Assembly (NCBI GenBank): GCA_035221665.1
Contig: CM069142.1
Coordinates: 51,212,001 to 51,276,000 of the forward strand
Length of the DNA stretch: 64,000 nt
From: Okamejei kenojei
Lineage: Eukaryota
Direction of reading: 5' to 3'
This document shows, one piece after another, positions 27,653-40,436 of the stretch. Numbering within the stretch: position 1 is the first letter of the stretch; each line of letters starts with the position of its first letter. Both the position numbers and the translations under genes were made by a program. The notes under the pieces are model-generated. The model did not search any database. It was not told where the DNA came from and saw only the letters and a program-made list of their open reading frames with translations.

Positions 27653-27769
27653 TGCCAGCCTTTGACACTTCTAAAGCGTTCACTTTAATGTCAGACAATG
27701 AGTTGGTGGCCTCCGACTCTTCACAGGTGTTCAATCCAATCACACAGAGCACAGATACTGAACCAACAG
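27653..27769 (+). CDS. Repeat-gene exon, 117 nt: VPAFDTSKAFTLMSDNELVASDSSQVFNPITQSTDTEPT
   Basis: Strong pyrimidine tract with cttAG; ACAG|gtactt donor; first long-module exon. Confidence 0.88.
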
Positions 27770-28639
27770 GTACTTCTGACAATATGTGTGCTTTGTATGT
27801 AAGGCTGAGAAATGAGTACATATACGTGTATGTTAACACCTTTGCTGAGTTGTCAAAAACATGGTCATGTGTTGTACACACAATACCATATCTTTACGCA
27901 AAGTAGCTTTTATATGTTTTGCATGAAATCATTCAATGTCACTGTTTCCGCAAAGTTGCTTTTGCTTGGTCACCAATGCACTCAATCTAGTCTTATTCTG
28001 TGAAGGCCTCTCACTTCCACTAAGTCATTGACTCTGAGAAGATGGACAAGGTCCTGAACTGCATTCATGGAAGCCATGCTCTAATGTAGTCTCGTGTTTG
28101 CAAAAAAACTTTAAAAAAAATAATTAAATTAAATATTCACAATTTTAAAATGTAAAATAATAAACCATTTAAAACATATAAGAAACTTTCAAAGTGATAC
28201 AAAGTCACCCCTCTAGAGAGGATAGGTTGCGGAAGCATTTATAACGGAATTTGGTTCGAGCAGATGGAGCGTCCCCACAGTTACACTGTAGAGGTTGTTG
28301 AAATTGACAGGCAATTGCTGTGATTGACAATTAGCTCTTTCAAACAATGTGACAAACAGCTTTAGTATTTTTAGCTTACAGTAATAAAAATAGATTTTTA
28401 GCTGTACGCTTAGTTGGCAGGTTAGTGTCTTTGGAAGGAGAAGCGGAATTCATGTTTACGGTTGATGTCCTTTTAACCTGAGTGGGCAGTTGGTCATGGG
28501 ACACTTTGAGTTTGAACGGGGTTTCCTCACACTGCCACCCTAACATTACAGACTTCCCATTTTGCTCTCAATCTCTGAATGTGAGAATCAGCAACAGGGA
28601 CAAAGATTATGGCCATTCCCTTCTTGGGCCATTGCACTC

Positions 28640-28985
28640 CATGTGGTGAGGGAGGTCACACTGGGCTCTCTTTCCCAGTTTCCCGGGTTTATTCCTGGTT
28701 TTGGTACTGTGTGGGTGGAGTTTGCAGGTTCTCCCTCTGAATGCACAAGTAAGCTTTTGGTGTTCTGATTTGCTACAATATCCCATAGATGTGCTGGTTG
28801 GTAGATTTATTGGCTGCGTGTAGCTGAGCATTAAAATCAGGGGTGTCTTGATAGGCAGGAGGGGAAAATAAAAAATGGGATCAATGTAAAATAGTGTGAA
28901 TGAGTAGTGGATAGTTGCCCAGGACTTAATAGGCTGAAGGACACATTTAGTGCTGGATCTCTCGATAACACTGTGACTCTATGAT
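28640..28985 (+). mobile_element. Degenerate tRNA SINE
   Basis: cccgggtttattcctgg...tgtgggtggagtttgcaggttctcccc...ggtagatttattggc, homologous to the SINEs at 3.3 and 25.5 kb. Confidence 0.6.
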
Positions 28986-29455
28986 CTGGATTTCTACATG
29001 CATGCAAGCATGTACAGTAGTTCTGAATTCCCTGGTTCTGCAGTTCCACTCAGAACTGCTAACATTTTAGTGGAAATTGTGGATGATGGAGCATTTTTTT
29101 GTTGGAATATTTGGTCAACATTTCATTAATGGCTGTTTGGCTGTAAATTGGTTGTCATTTCATCAAGGTTATATTGTGAAGTTTATTGTGTCTTAATTAG
29201 TTTTTCTGTAGTGAAAAAAATATTGCCAGCATGAATTATTTTGAAGAATTTGAATTAATGAGTGAAATGCTATGTATAATTTAATATTGTAAGAGACCAC
29301 ATGGTGCACATCTGAATACTGTATATTGAATGTTTTTATGGTGAAAGAATAAGACCAATGATACAATCTGGTTACGTTATAATGATGCACAGTGGAACAT
29401 TTATCTTCTTGACAATTTGAGACTTTTTATTTGGCTTCCTTATTGTCAGCTGCAG

Positions 29456-29583
29456 ACTATGGGGAACCAAACTTTGGCATTCCTAATGTGTTCAGTTCAA
29501 TCACAATATTTGAAAATAATATGGGAGTTCCATTCCTGGTATATACTCGGGAATGTACTAAATAATTAACAAGATATGTTCAG
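29456..29583 (+). pseudogene. Degenerate pseudo-exon (DYGEPNFGIPNVFSSIT...)
   Basis: Family-type intron motif ttggcttcctt and tgcAG|ACTAT start; no in-phase donor before a TAA stop. Confidence 0.5.
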
Positions 29584-30339
29584 GTTTGCATGGTATCAAA
29601 GAGTATGCCACATAGATGCTATGCTGCACCTTCTTTGTTGATTTAATGTTCATTGTACTTTTCATAATGCATAATTGTTGGCACTTCACTGTCTTGCATG
29701 ATTGTCATTTGTCACAGTACAAAATAATTTTTGGTGGAAAATAGCAATATGCTGCATTATTCATCATATTTCAGCACTTAAATGATGTGTGTTGAATTCT
29801 GTGATCAAACAATTCACTTCATGAAGCTTGGTGACCGTGCTTAGGTCTAAAATGTCTAACAGCCAGTTATGGCTTCAATGAAAAATATTTGACATTGTTT
29901 GGTTTTCCATTTGTTTTCATATTGCTTTTGTACTGGTTATTTTAAATAATATTTAATTAATTACCATAATGACTAAGCATTTTTAATGATTTTATGACAT
30001 GACTAAATACAGTAGTTCTAACTTGGGAATTGTTCCAATTTTGAAATCAGAGAATAAGATCAATTTCAAAACAGTGCTATTTTCCAATGAAGCCGAGTTA
30101 GGCAAATATCGGTATTGATACAGCACAGAGTTCATTTTCCCTGATCTCACAGTTCTCCAAGCCGCATTCTACTTGCTCTTACCCAGAAACATGGATAGGA
30201 CAGGTTTGGAAGGATATGGACCAAATGCTGGCAGGTGGGGACTAGTATAGCTGGGACATGTTGGCTGGCATGGGCAAGTTGGACCGAAAGGCTTGATTCC
30301 CACACCGTATCACTTTATGACTCTGTGAAACTGACTTCA

Positions 30340-31660
30340 ATTCCTTCTTGGGCAGTTCCTCAGGATCCATAGTGATATGCTTCTACTCCAGTTCTTTGGA
30401 TTTTAAGGTGGCTGAAAATTTCTTGACCTAAGTCACAGACTATCTCAGCTGAGTCAGGTGGAACCATATGGGCCAGGTGACATTGTAGTGTGGAATTCTG
30501 TGCATTCCTTATGCTGTTTATGAATGGCCATCACATCCTCCCATGATGGACCAAGGATTCCCATGGGTTGGTGAGGATGTCACAATATTTAGTATAGATT
30601 TTTAGAAATTCTTGGAAGAACTTGGATCATCTAGGTGGTTGGTTGAGTGCGACATTTGCCCAGGAGCAATGTTGGCATAGTTTTGCTTATCTGCCAATTG
30701 AAGTGTTGTGGATGCAGCAGTGGTGGTATCCAGTGCATTGAGGAGCCTACTGATGGCTATCCATAACTCTTGAACATTACAGGAAGTTGAGAATTGCTGC
30801 TGCTCAGTTAACCATGAGCTTGGTGCTGGTTTGAGATATTGGTCATCAAAGATAATTTTCCTGCTGCACAGGAAGCTATGGTATCTTTCATCAATTGTGT
30901 CTGCTTTTGCTGTGAGATGGCTGCTAAGATGTGGAAAGTGGTCCATGCTTTCCAAGCTCCAATTATAAACCATGGTTATCAGTGAGGTAGTGGCAGATAT
31001 GTAAAGGGCCTTACCAATGTTTAGTGCATGTTCCATCCTTTCGTTTTCTCCTGTAAAAGAGCCAACAATAACTAGGAGATATCAGTAGCTACTTTCGTAA
31101 GTTCTGTTGGCAAATTAAATTGATGTAGGAAGCTGAGGGAGTATCTGCTAGTAGTGAAGACAATGAGGGTTGGATCTTCTATAAATTAACCACATTGCTG
31201 TTCAAAATCTATTGGTATTGAAGTGAAGAATACAGAGAGGGCGTTGGATGGCACAGCTTGTTTGTCTCTGGAGTACATAGAGACTGTGCTTGAGATGGAC
31301 CTGTTGGTTACCATCACAACATCTCTTTGTCACATGCTTTGAATAGTATTGAATTTCGTAGGACAGCTAGATTTGTGAAGGATTCTTCATAATATTCAAT
31401 CATATGCCCTTGTGAGTACAAAAAAAGGCCTAATACAGATGTTGGTAGTATCTTTACACTTTACCTGGGAGGACCCGTGATTTTCTCTTTAGAGATCTAG
31501 CATCTTTCCACCCTTTGCAGATCTCTAACAGTTCCATTACAAGTACCCTGCAGCCCGTTTTCCCACACTGCTGACAGTCATCGATGTAGTGAACTTACTA
31601 TCGAAGTCTAAAGCTGCTTGGAGCTGTCTGCCATGACCATCCGATAGGTTTCAATCTCCT
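30340..31660 (-). mobile_element. Degenerate RTE-like LINE fragment
   Basis: Minus-strand LESMDHFPHLSSHLTAKAD resembles the post-RT (FxYLGS) segment of RTE-clade ORFs; boundaries approximate. Confidence 0.55.
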
Positions 31661-32055
31661 ACTAGCTAGATTACAGCAGTTAGGCTAGGCTAGGGCATGC
31701 ATTATGTAAAGATCATAGGGCCAATATCTAGTTGAAAGGTTGCCAATAAGAGGAAGTAAATGGGTGAATGGCTTTTTATCATTATTTATTATTACATTTC
31801 ATTAGATTTGATTAAACATTTACGTTAATTTGTCTCACTTTTTTTAACAATGTTATTATTAACATCATCTTTTGCATAGTTTTTTAGATGAAAACTATTA
31901 GTTACATACATTTCATTCTATTTAATCAAAACTCAAAAATAAGGCAATTTTACTACATTTGCTACATTGCTTTGGTTTTCAATAGTCATCGGGAGAATGT
32001 GTGTAACTTTAAATGAGATTAAGAATTATCTATTATTTCCTTCTTATCCCCTCAG

Positions 32056-32196
32056 ACTATGAGGTGCCAATGTATGACATAAATAATGTGTCCACTTTAA
32101 TGGCAGACCATGAAATTCCAGTTACTGACACCCCTAATGTGATCTATCCAATCCCAGAACCAGAATCTGTTACGATAAATGATATCGAACCTACAG
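32056..32196 (+). CDS. Repeat-gene exon, 141 nt: DYEVPMYDINNVSTLMADHEIPVTDTPNVIYPIPEPESVTINDIEPT
   Basis: ttcttatcccctcAG acceptor, ACAG|gtacat donor, phase 1-1. Confidence 0.9.
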
Positions 32197-33298
32197 GTAC
32201 ATGTGAGAATGTTTGTGTCTCAGTTGAAAATATTGTGTGGTTTAATTATGTAAAGGCACAATTCTACGAAATGAACAATTCACTGCATATCTTCTGAGAT
32301 ATAAGATTTTGCTTATCCTTGATGGAGTTAGTTGGTCAATGCTCTTTTTTCATAGAGCTCAATTTGTGCCTGGCTCTGTTTACCAATTATGCCTATATTG
32401 TTAGATAGCAACAATGATGCTATGTGAACTGCTTGTTTGTTGTATTTTATGAAAGATTACGAATTTAGTATCTGGCTTCTTCCTTATTCCTTAAGAAACC
32501 AATCATTGATACTCCTATTAATCTAATGTTCTAAACAACAAACCACTGACACTCCCAATATGGCAAAGAAGTTCCAGCACCTGAGCCAACTACCTTTCAA
32601 TTCATGGAAGGTAGATAAAAATGCTGGAGAAACTCAGCGGGTGAGGCAGCATCTATGGAGCGAAGGAAATAGGCAACGTTTCGAGTCAAAACCCTTCTTC
32701 AGATTTATAGAGGTCACATGTGCTTTGACAATATTTCAATTTTGATCGCAACTTCATGATGAAATAAATAATACTTGCATGCTGAGTTTTGTCCAAAAGT
32801 AACACAAATATTGGTTGCCTTAGGCATGAAATGTATTTGACGAACCTTGGAATCTATTTGCCAAGTTAAATGGAGCTTAAGTGTCAAAATTATGTTTAAT
32901 TATTGTGCATCCTTGCACAATTATTGTACAATGTGCATCCTTTATATTTATAAATTGTGCTTAGCTGTCAAGTGTTAATCAACCTTTACAAGTGATTGCA
33001 CAATGTTGCATGGAATATCTCTTACGATAACAGTTAACTCAAACATCTGGAATTATATTAAATTAATATATTGCTCGTTATATTATGGATTACTCTGTAT
33101 TGCTTGAACATGCATTCAGCAATTTATGTTTGCCATGGGAGATATTTATTGATATTGTATCAAAAAGGAGGATTTTTCTGCAATAATACTTTATTTTAAT
33201 GATGTCTATAAATACAATTGAATTCTTGAATGCATGGGTGCGTTATCTCAATGGGGAATTACAACGTTTGTTTCATAATACATTCTTATTCCCCTCAG

Positions 33299-33415
33299 AC
33301 CATGCCATGTCAACCTTTCACACTCCTAAATCAATTACTGTAATATCAGGCTCTAAGCTGGCAAACCCTCGCATGTTCAATCCAATCACACAATCTGAAC
33401 GTCCTGAAGTTACAG
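33299..33415 (+). CDS. Repeat-gene exon, 117 nt: DHAMSTFHTPKSITVISGSKLANPRMFNPITQSERPEVT
   Basis: cccctcAG acceptor, ACAG|gtactt donor, phase 1-1. Confidence 0.88.
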
Positions 33416-34075
33416 GTACTTCTGACAATGTTTCTATCTTGTTGTTAAATTGTGAGGAAATTAGGAAACCTGCTGCACAACCTCTATCTTCTATTCACAG
33501 TTAATTAATGTTTGTTACTTTTGTGAGACATGTTTGATCGCCTGTATGAATCTTGCATGCAGCAAGTTAAATATATTGACGTAATTTAAAAAAAATGAAC
33601 AGTACATTGCCTAATTCCTTGAAATAGGCATTGCATTCTTTGTAATCTGACTCATTTAACACTGAATTATGAGTGAATAGGAAGCTATTCAATGGTATAA
33701 TGAATAAATTAGATTTATTCTGCAAAGGTATGACATTGTAATGATATAAAAGAAGTGTGCAGAAAATATTGTTGAATAATTGGTGGTGGTACATGTCAGA
33801 GGGTGATAGGTGGAGAGTTGTTTTTCAGGTTGATGGTCTGTAAGATTGGTGCTGGGTCCATTGTTATTTGTCACCTACATTAACAATTGGGATGAGAATA
33901 TAGTTGCATTGTTAGTAAGTTTATGGATGAGACCGAATTGGTGGTACATTGGTGAAGAATGGTGAGATGTAATACAATTAATCATAATGGTAAATAAATA
34001 TATTCATCAAAACAAGTGACTATTTTAATGAGAAATTCAGAATTTTGTATCAGCCTTTTTTTCTTATCCCTTCAG

Positions 34076-34213
34076 TCTAGGCAATGCCACCCTCTAATAC
34101 TACTCATTTCTTCAAATTGCTCTCTAGCTGTAAACTAAAACCCACCAAGCCACCTAATTTATTCAATAGAATTCCAGCATCAGAACGAGCTAACAGGCCA
34201 GTTGATGTTGCAG
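34076..34213 (+). pseudogene. Pseudo-exon or poison exon with in-frame TAG at codon 2, 138 nt
   Basis: Intact ttcAG acceptor and GCAG|gtattt donor, but reads GTC TAG GCA ATG CCA...; the rest is open (MPPSNTTHFFKLLSSCKLKPTKPPNLFNRIPASERANRPVDVA). Confidence 0.7.
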
Positions 34214-34752
34214 GTATTTTGAGGATATTCATGTTTTTTTGTGAACCCAGAGTTGGAGTAGTTGCCTGTTGTGAATTGTGTAAAATAATAGAGCAAGGAC
34301 ATATGCTGTAAATGCTATACCACACTCGGTCACACTTTGTACAGTTAATGTAGGAATTTTAAATGTAGTACTTTTTTCTGTTAGATTATTTGACCAGTGT
34401 TTTTCTTGAAGTTTAAAGAGTGTGCTTGACTGTAAATTTCAGTTTGATACTAAATTTGTTCTAATTGCTGAATAATAATTGGTATTTATATTGTGTTGCT
34501 ACATGGGCTGTCTGCTTATTACCTCTTTCATCAGAAATCTTCAGAAGAATACATTTATTTGGCTGAAAATTAAGTAATGAATTCTTTAGTTATGTATGAA
34601 AATAATTAATTACATAATTTTGGTATTCCATAGCATCCACTTAAATTTACTCTAATGATAAAGGGTGTTTTATTCTACACACTTTTGCATTCTATAAACT
34701 GACATATATGACTATCAATGGTTCAATAGTTGAATGGAACCATTATGGTTAG

Positions 34753-34842
34753 GCCATAACTTCTTGGCCTTTGACTCTCCATATGTGTTCAATCCAAACT
34801 CCAAATCTGTAAAAGCTATAACAAGAGATGCTGATGTTACAA
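34753..34842 (+). CDS. Weak or half-module exon or remnant, 90 nt: GHNFLAFDSPYVFNPNSKSVKAITRDADVT
   Basis: Clear homology to the 3' 90 nt of the module and open, but weak acceptor (ggttAG) and donor (ACAA|gtatta). Confidence 0.35.
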
Positions 34843-35694
34843 GTATTATTGACCATGTTTGCATGTTGATTGTTCGTATTTGTGCTAAATTAAATGTTTA
34901 AACTTCAGCTTAGAAATTCAGTTGCGTGAAAATTGATTGTGTCTTGAGTGCAACACACTTGTGACCATTTCAGGGACAAATATGACCAGCCATTTCCACT
35001 AGTGATTTGATGCTGTTTCCATTATCATTCTGGTGCAATGTCCCTTTAAAGATTTGACCGGCACGAGCTAATACAAACATGTGCCTACCCTTGGGCACAC
35101 TAGGAACAACCAGATTTTTACAATTCTGCTATTTCTTTAATAGCTTGATTTAAAGAAAGCTCTCTTAAATGAAACCCTCCCAACACTAGGAGCCCAATTT
35201 GAGGAGGGGAATATTAATTTAGTTAGCTACCAGTTCTCATCATGCTCTGCCAACCCACCCATCTCACTCAACCAACAGACCCCCAGCCCCTACTCCTTAA
35301 CCAAATGATGACCTTTAGCTAATGTCACACCATTGCCTCATAGCCGCTTCACCTCCCCACTGAATACCAACTCAGCCATGACTTAATTGGACTTTCAATC
35401 CTGCACTCCCAAGACCCTGAAGGGGTGTTCAAATACCATCCTATCCATGTATCCCAATCAGATTCCTACACTCTCTACAACTCAATTAGCTCTGGACACA
35501 TCCCTGCAGCAACTCCCTACCCCTCTCCCTGCTCTGATACAATATTCCTGTCTCCGCCTGTCCATTTTTTTTATCCCTTGAGACACTTCTCCCAGACCCC
35601 AGTCAACCATTGACTTCTCCAAACAGCCAACATCCACATTGCCACACCACTCTTTCTGTTTTCACTCAAGCATCCTGCAAGATGATTCCAAGTG

Positions 35695-36083
35695 AGAAAG
35701 AAGGCATATGATATGCTTGCTGTCATATAGGGGCATTGAGTGTAAGAGTCCGGAGGTCATGATGCAGCTTAAAATTATGAACGGCATAGATAGGATGGAA
35801 AAATCAAATACTAGAGGACCTAGCCTTTCAGGTGAGAGGGGCAAAGTTTAAAGGAGATGTGCGGGGCAGGTTTTTACACAGAGGGTGGTGAGTGCCTGGA
35901 ATACGAAGCCGGGGGGGTAGTGCTTGAGACAAATATGATAGTGGCATTTAAGAGACTTTTGAATCAGCATATGGATAGGCAAGAAATGGAGGGTTATGTA
36001 TTATGTGTAGATAGATAAGAGATTGCCTAGCATCATGTTTGGCTGAAGGGCTTGTTCTTGTGCTTCACTGTTCTATGTTCTAT
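35695..36083 (+). mobile_element. CR1 LINE 3' fragment with internal deletions
   Basis: ggcattgagtgtaagagt, tttttacacagagggtggtgagtgcctggaa, tail ttctatgttctat. Confidence 0.75.
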
Positions 36084-36756
36084 AACAGTTCATGGGCCTC
36101 ACAGCCACACATGAGTGTTTGTGCCTCTTTGTGTACTGATTTTGTTACTCATCAGACGTTTACAAAGTCAAATCCAAAGTGATTGAATTTGTAGACCTTT
36201 GTCTGAAATTTGCATTTAAATGCTGTGTTTATGGTGCATTTGTTAGTTTGTGCGAATCTTTGTTGCAACTCATTCAGTGTCAATTCATACCATATATAAA
36301 GGGAGCAATCCACTGCATATCTGTATTTACCCATCTTGCCTATCTTTGTTGGTTTAGTTTGTCAATGCGCTTACTTATTGACTTTGGAGTTTGTCTGTTC
36401 AGTGTTTGTGAACGGATCATGGTTTTATCGTTGTGAAATTTTTTGAATGATAATTAACTTTGATGTATTGAAACAATATTGCATGGATTACTTGTTGTTA
36501 AGTAATTCATATTTGATGCATTATGAGATGCATGCAATTAATTATTCATTGTTTAGCAGCAAAAGAAAAGAAAAATACTTTTCATAATAAATGGTTGCAC
36601 TTGAATATGTATGTTAATATAATGAACAAATAACCTTTTGGTTTATTTAATATTCTAATGGCTTCGAGGAATCAAACAATATCAGCAAAATAATAAATGA
36701 TTTATTTTAATGAGAGATTAAGAATTTTTGTGTCTGGCTTCTTTCTTATTCCCCAG

Positions 36757-36894
36757 GCGACATGGAGCCAACCGCTGACACTTCTAACATGTTCAGAACA
36801 AGTTCAGGGTCTAAACCACAAATCATTGACACTCCTGTGTTCACTTCGATCCCTGAATCTGTACCAACTAAAATACGAGTTACTGAAGTTACAG
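36757..36894 (+). CDS. Repeat-gene exon, 138 nt: GDMEPTADTSNMFRTSSGSKPQIIDTPVFTSIPESVPTKIRVTEVT
   Basis: tttcttattccccAG acceptor, ACAG|gtattt donor; frame differs from the listed 181-aa ORF. Confidence 0.88.
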
Positions 36895-37529
36895 GTATTT
36901 CTGACAATATTTGTGTCTGAACTTGGGGATGAGGTAAATCATGGTTGCATGTTGAAATTTGTGCTCAAGTGTCTGAAAGTGGAGACACACGCTGCAGTTG
37001 CCATGCCACTCCTTTCTAGTTTAGTGTTCAGTCAGTCTGCGTGGGAGATGTATATGTTAAGTCACTGTCTTGCATGGAATCCATTCATTCCAGTTGCACA
37101 ATTTATATGGAATGAACAATCCACTACAATTCACAAAGACTTGAACCACCTTTGTTTTTTTCTGATGCATTACTTGTCAATGTCCCTTCCTCATCTAGTT
37201 TATAGATTGCACTTGGCTATAATTTGTCATTCATTTCATTAAATCTACTTTACACCAAAGCTTTTCAGATTATCATTGGCTTTTGGGTTGTGGAAGCAAT
37301 GTTATGCATGGACTGTCTGTTGTCATCTCACTCAAGTGCAACATTTTCTGCAAATAATTAATTTGTTAATATGTATGGATTGTTTTATGAAAAGTATATT
37401 GTCAATTTGTGTTTGTGTTGGAATTCCTTTAATGTTTTATCGTAAAGGGAGTATTTATTTTGTGGTACCTTGGGGATGTTTACATGGGAGATGTTTTTAA
37501 AAAATCGTGCTACCTTTTTATTTCCTCAG

Positions 37530-37673
37530 ACCATACAGTATCATCTTCTCAAACTCCTAATGTGGTCACCTTCCTGCCAGGTCATGAGCAGCCAGTGTCT
37601 GACTCTCCTCCACATGTGTTGAACCCAGCCATAAAATCTGAACCATCTAAAATAAGATTTAGTGAAGTCACAG
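37530..37673 (+). CDS. Repeat-gene exon, 144 nt: DHTVSSSQTPNVVTFLPGHEQPVSDSPPHVLNPAIKSEPSKIRFSEVT
   Basis: tttcctcAG acceptor, ACAG|gtactt donor. Confidence 0.88.
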
Positions 37674-37989
37674 GTACTTTTGACATTACTTGTGTCTTGG
37701 GTGTGAGCTCCAGAATGCTGTACTATAAAAACTATGTGTTCAGGTCACTTGTGTGAAGCCTATATCTAAATGATTATGCATAGGGGACATTTGTTTCTTC
37801 ACTGTTTTGCATTCAACTCATGCAAAGCCTTGGCGCCAATTGTAGGAAATAAGCAGTCCAATGCACTCCTTGTGGAATTAATGGATTTCCATGTACCTGC
37901 TGGATTATTTAATCAATGTGCTTCTTTCATGAAATTTGTGCTCTGCAATTGAGAAGGATAATGAGGTAATGGGGAATAGATCAGGAGTG

Positions 37990-38365
37990 TGATGGAATAC
38001 TCTCCACTTGCCTGGATGAGTGCAGCTTCAACAGCATTCAAGAAACAAGTAGGCTTTTATACAGGACATAATAGCCCACCTGATAGGCAGCCTAATCCAA
38101 AACCCATCACTGACTTCACCACTGATGTGTTGTAGCAAGAGTTTGTACTGTCGACAGGATGTGTTGCAGCAACTCACCACGATTCCATAGACAGCAGCTT
38201 CCAAACCCACAATCACTTCCAGCTAGAATGACTAAGGCAGGAAAACATGGGAAGATCACCACTTCAAAGTTGCCCTCCCAGCCACACAGCATCCTGACGT
38301 CGATATATATCACCATTGCTTCAAATTTGTTGGGCAAAATCCTGGTACATCCTTCCTGGAAAAAT
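37990..38365 (+). mobile_element. Old LINE 3' fragment (same family as 23.1-24.6 kb)
   Basis: tggaatactctccacttgcc also occurs at ~24270. Confidence 0.55.
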
Positions 38366-39055
38366 GGTGCCCAAAAATACTCTATTTGTGGAGTTAACAT
38401 TCTTCATGTGACAATATACATTTTCTCTAGATGCTGCAGTTTATTAGCCCAACTCAAAATGTGCTGAACACAAACTGTTGGTTGAACTCAGCGGGACAGC
38501 AGTATCTGTGAAGGGAAATGGACAGATGATATTTCAGATTGAGGCCCGTCTTCAGCCTGGTGGAGAAGAGGGCAATCACCACAAACCCATCACCTCTTTC
38601 TAGCAGCAATCTCCCCTTCACCCCAGTCCAAGGAAGGGTCCCAACCCAAAACATTCTCCGTCCATTTCCCTCAATGGTTGCTTCCTGACCCCTTGAAATC
38701 CTTCAGCTGTTTGTTTCTTTCTCAAGATTTCAGCATATACAGTCTCGTGTTTCTCAATAAGCGCAATCAATAACTCTAATGTAAGTACTGTAAGTGGCAA
38801 AAGAATGAGAGGCAACTTGTTGGCATGTGTGACTGAGTGTTGTAAGGAAATAAGGGGTGGTATGGAACTGATGGGATCGCTCTGTTAGGTTCCCATATAA
38901 TTCCAATGGGCTGGATGACTTTGTTCCGTACTGTATTAAATCATTAAGTAATGGTAGTGTTCAATGTACTAATGTACATAGGAAACTACAAAGCGTCAGG
39001 TGTACGTTTAAAAGATATTTAGAATTTTGTAATTTGGCTTCCTTTTTATCCTTAG

Positions 39056-39198
39056 AAGACCATGAATTGTCAACTTCTCACACATCTAAAGTGTTCACTT
39101 TAGTATCTGGCCATGAGCAACAAGCCACAGACATTCCCAGAGTGATCAATCCAATCCAGAACCTGATCCTGCTAAGATAGGAGAGGCAGAATTTACAG
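39056..39198 (+). pseudogene. Array exon copy 1, 143 nt, 1-nt deletion frameshift (or assembly error)
   Basis: ccaatccagaacc versus the consensus ccaatcccagaacc; leads to a TAG before the donor. Confidence 0.7.
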
Positions 39199-39678
39199 GT
39201 AGTCCAAACAATATGTGTATTCTATGTTTGAAGTAAACAATAGAGTAAATAATTAAAAGTGCATGCTTAGGTTTATCACAATTAAGGAAATAAATTTGGA
39301 CACGTGCCACAGATGCCATGTTATGCTTTTACAAGAATATTTATGTGAATATTTGTATTGGTTGTGTGTAAGTCGTGGAAGAGCCAGGAAAACACAAACA
39401 TACTGTACCCTTAGATGTCTATCCTTAACTTGCTTCAACATTGTTGGTAACAATGTGAGTGATTGTTGCCAGGAAAAAACAGGCGGTATGGGACTGATGG
39501 AATCGCTCTATTAGGTTCTCGTATAATTCCCATGGGCTGGAAGACTTGTTCCATCGATATAAATAATTAACTAATGGTAGTGTTCAATGTGCTTATATAC
39601 ATAGGAAACTACTCAGTGTCAGGTGTACGTTTGGAAGATATTTCGAATTTTGTAATTTGGCTTACTTTTTATCCTTAG

Positions 39679-39822
39679 AAGACCATGAACTATCAACTTC
39701 TCACACAACTAAAGTGTTCAATTTAATATCTGGCTATGAACGGCAAGCCACAGACATTCCTAGTGTGATTAATCCAATCCCAGAAACCGATCCTACTAAG
39801 ATAGGAGAGGCAGAATTTACAG
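39679..39822 (+). CDS. Array exon 2: EDHELSTSHTTKVFNLISGYERQATDIPSVINPIPETDPTKIGEAEFT
   Basis: tttttatccttAG acceptor, ACAG|gtagtt donor, 144 nt. Confidence 0.9.
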
Positions 39823-40292
39823 GTAGTTCTAACAATATGTGTATTCTATGTTTGAAATAAGCAATGGAGTAAATAATTAAAAGTGCATGCTTAGGTTTAT
39901 CATAATTAAGGAAAAATGTCTGGACAGGTCCCACAGATGTCATGCTAGGCGTTTATGTGAATATTTGTTTTGGTTATGTGTAAGGCATGGAAGAGCATGT
40001 AAAACACAGTATACTGTACACTTAGCTGTCTTTCCTTAACTTGCTTCATCATTGTTGGCAACAATGTGAGAGAGCGCTGCAAGGAAATAAGAGGCGGTAT
40101 GAGACTGATGGGATCGCTCTGTTAGGTTCCCATATAATTCCAATGGGCTGGATGACTTTGTTCAGTACTGTATTAAATAATTAAGTAATGGTAGTGTTCA
40201 ATGTACTAATGTACATAGGAAACTACTAAGCGTCAGGTGTACGTTTACAAGATATTTAGAATTTTGTAATATGGCTTCCTTTTTATCCTTAG

Positions 40293-40436
40293 ACGACCAT
40301 GAATTATCAACTTCTCACACAACTAAACTGTTCACTTTAATATCTGACTATGAACGGCAAGCTACAGACATTCCCAATGTGATCAATCCAAACCCCGAAT
40401 CCGATCCTACTAAGATAGTTGAGACAGATGTTACAG
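40293..40436 (+). CDS. Array exon 3: DDHELSTSHTTKLFTLISDYERQATDIPNVINPNPESDPTKIVETDVT
   Basis: Same splice signals, 144 nt. Confidence 0.9.

Noticed and set aside
36697-37242. 181-aa hydrophobic ORF
   Set aside because: An off-frame read-through of the 36757-36894 exon into AT-rich intron; no independent support.
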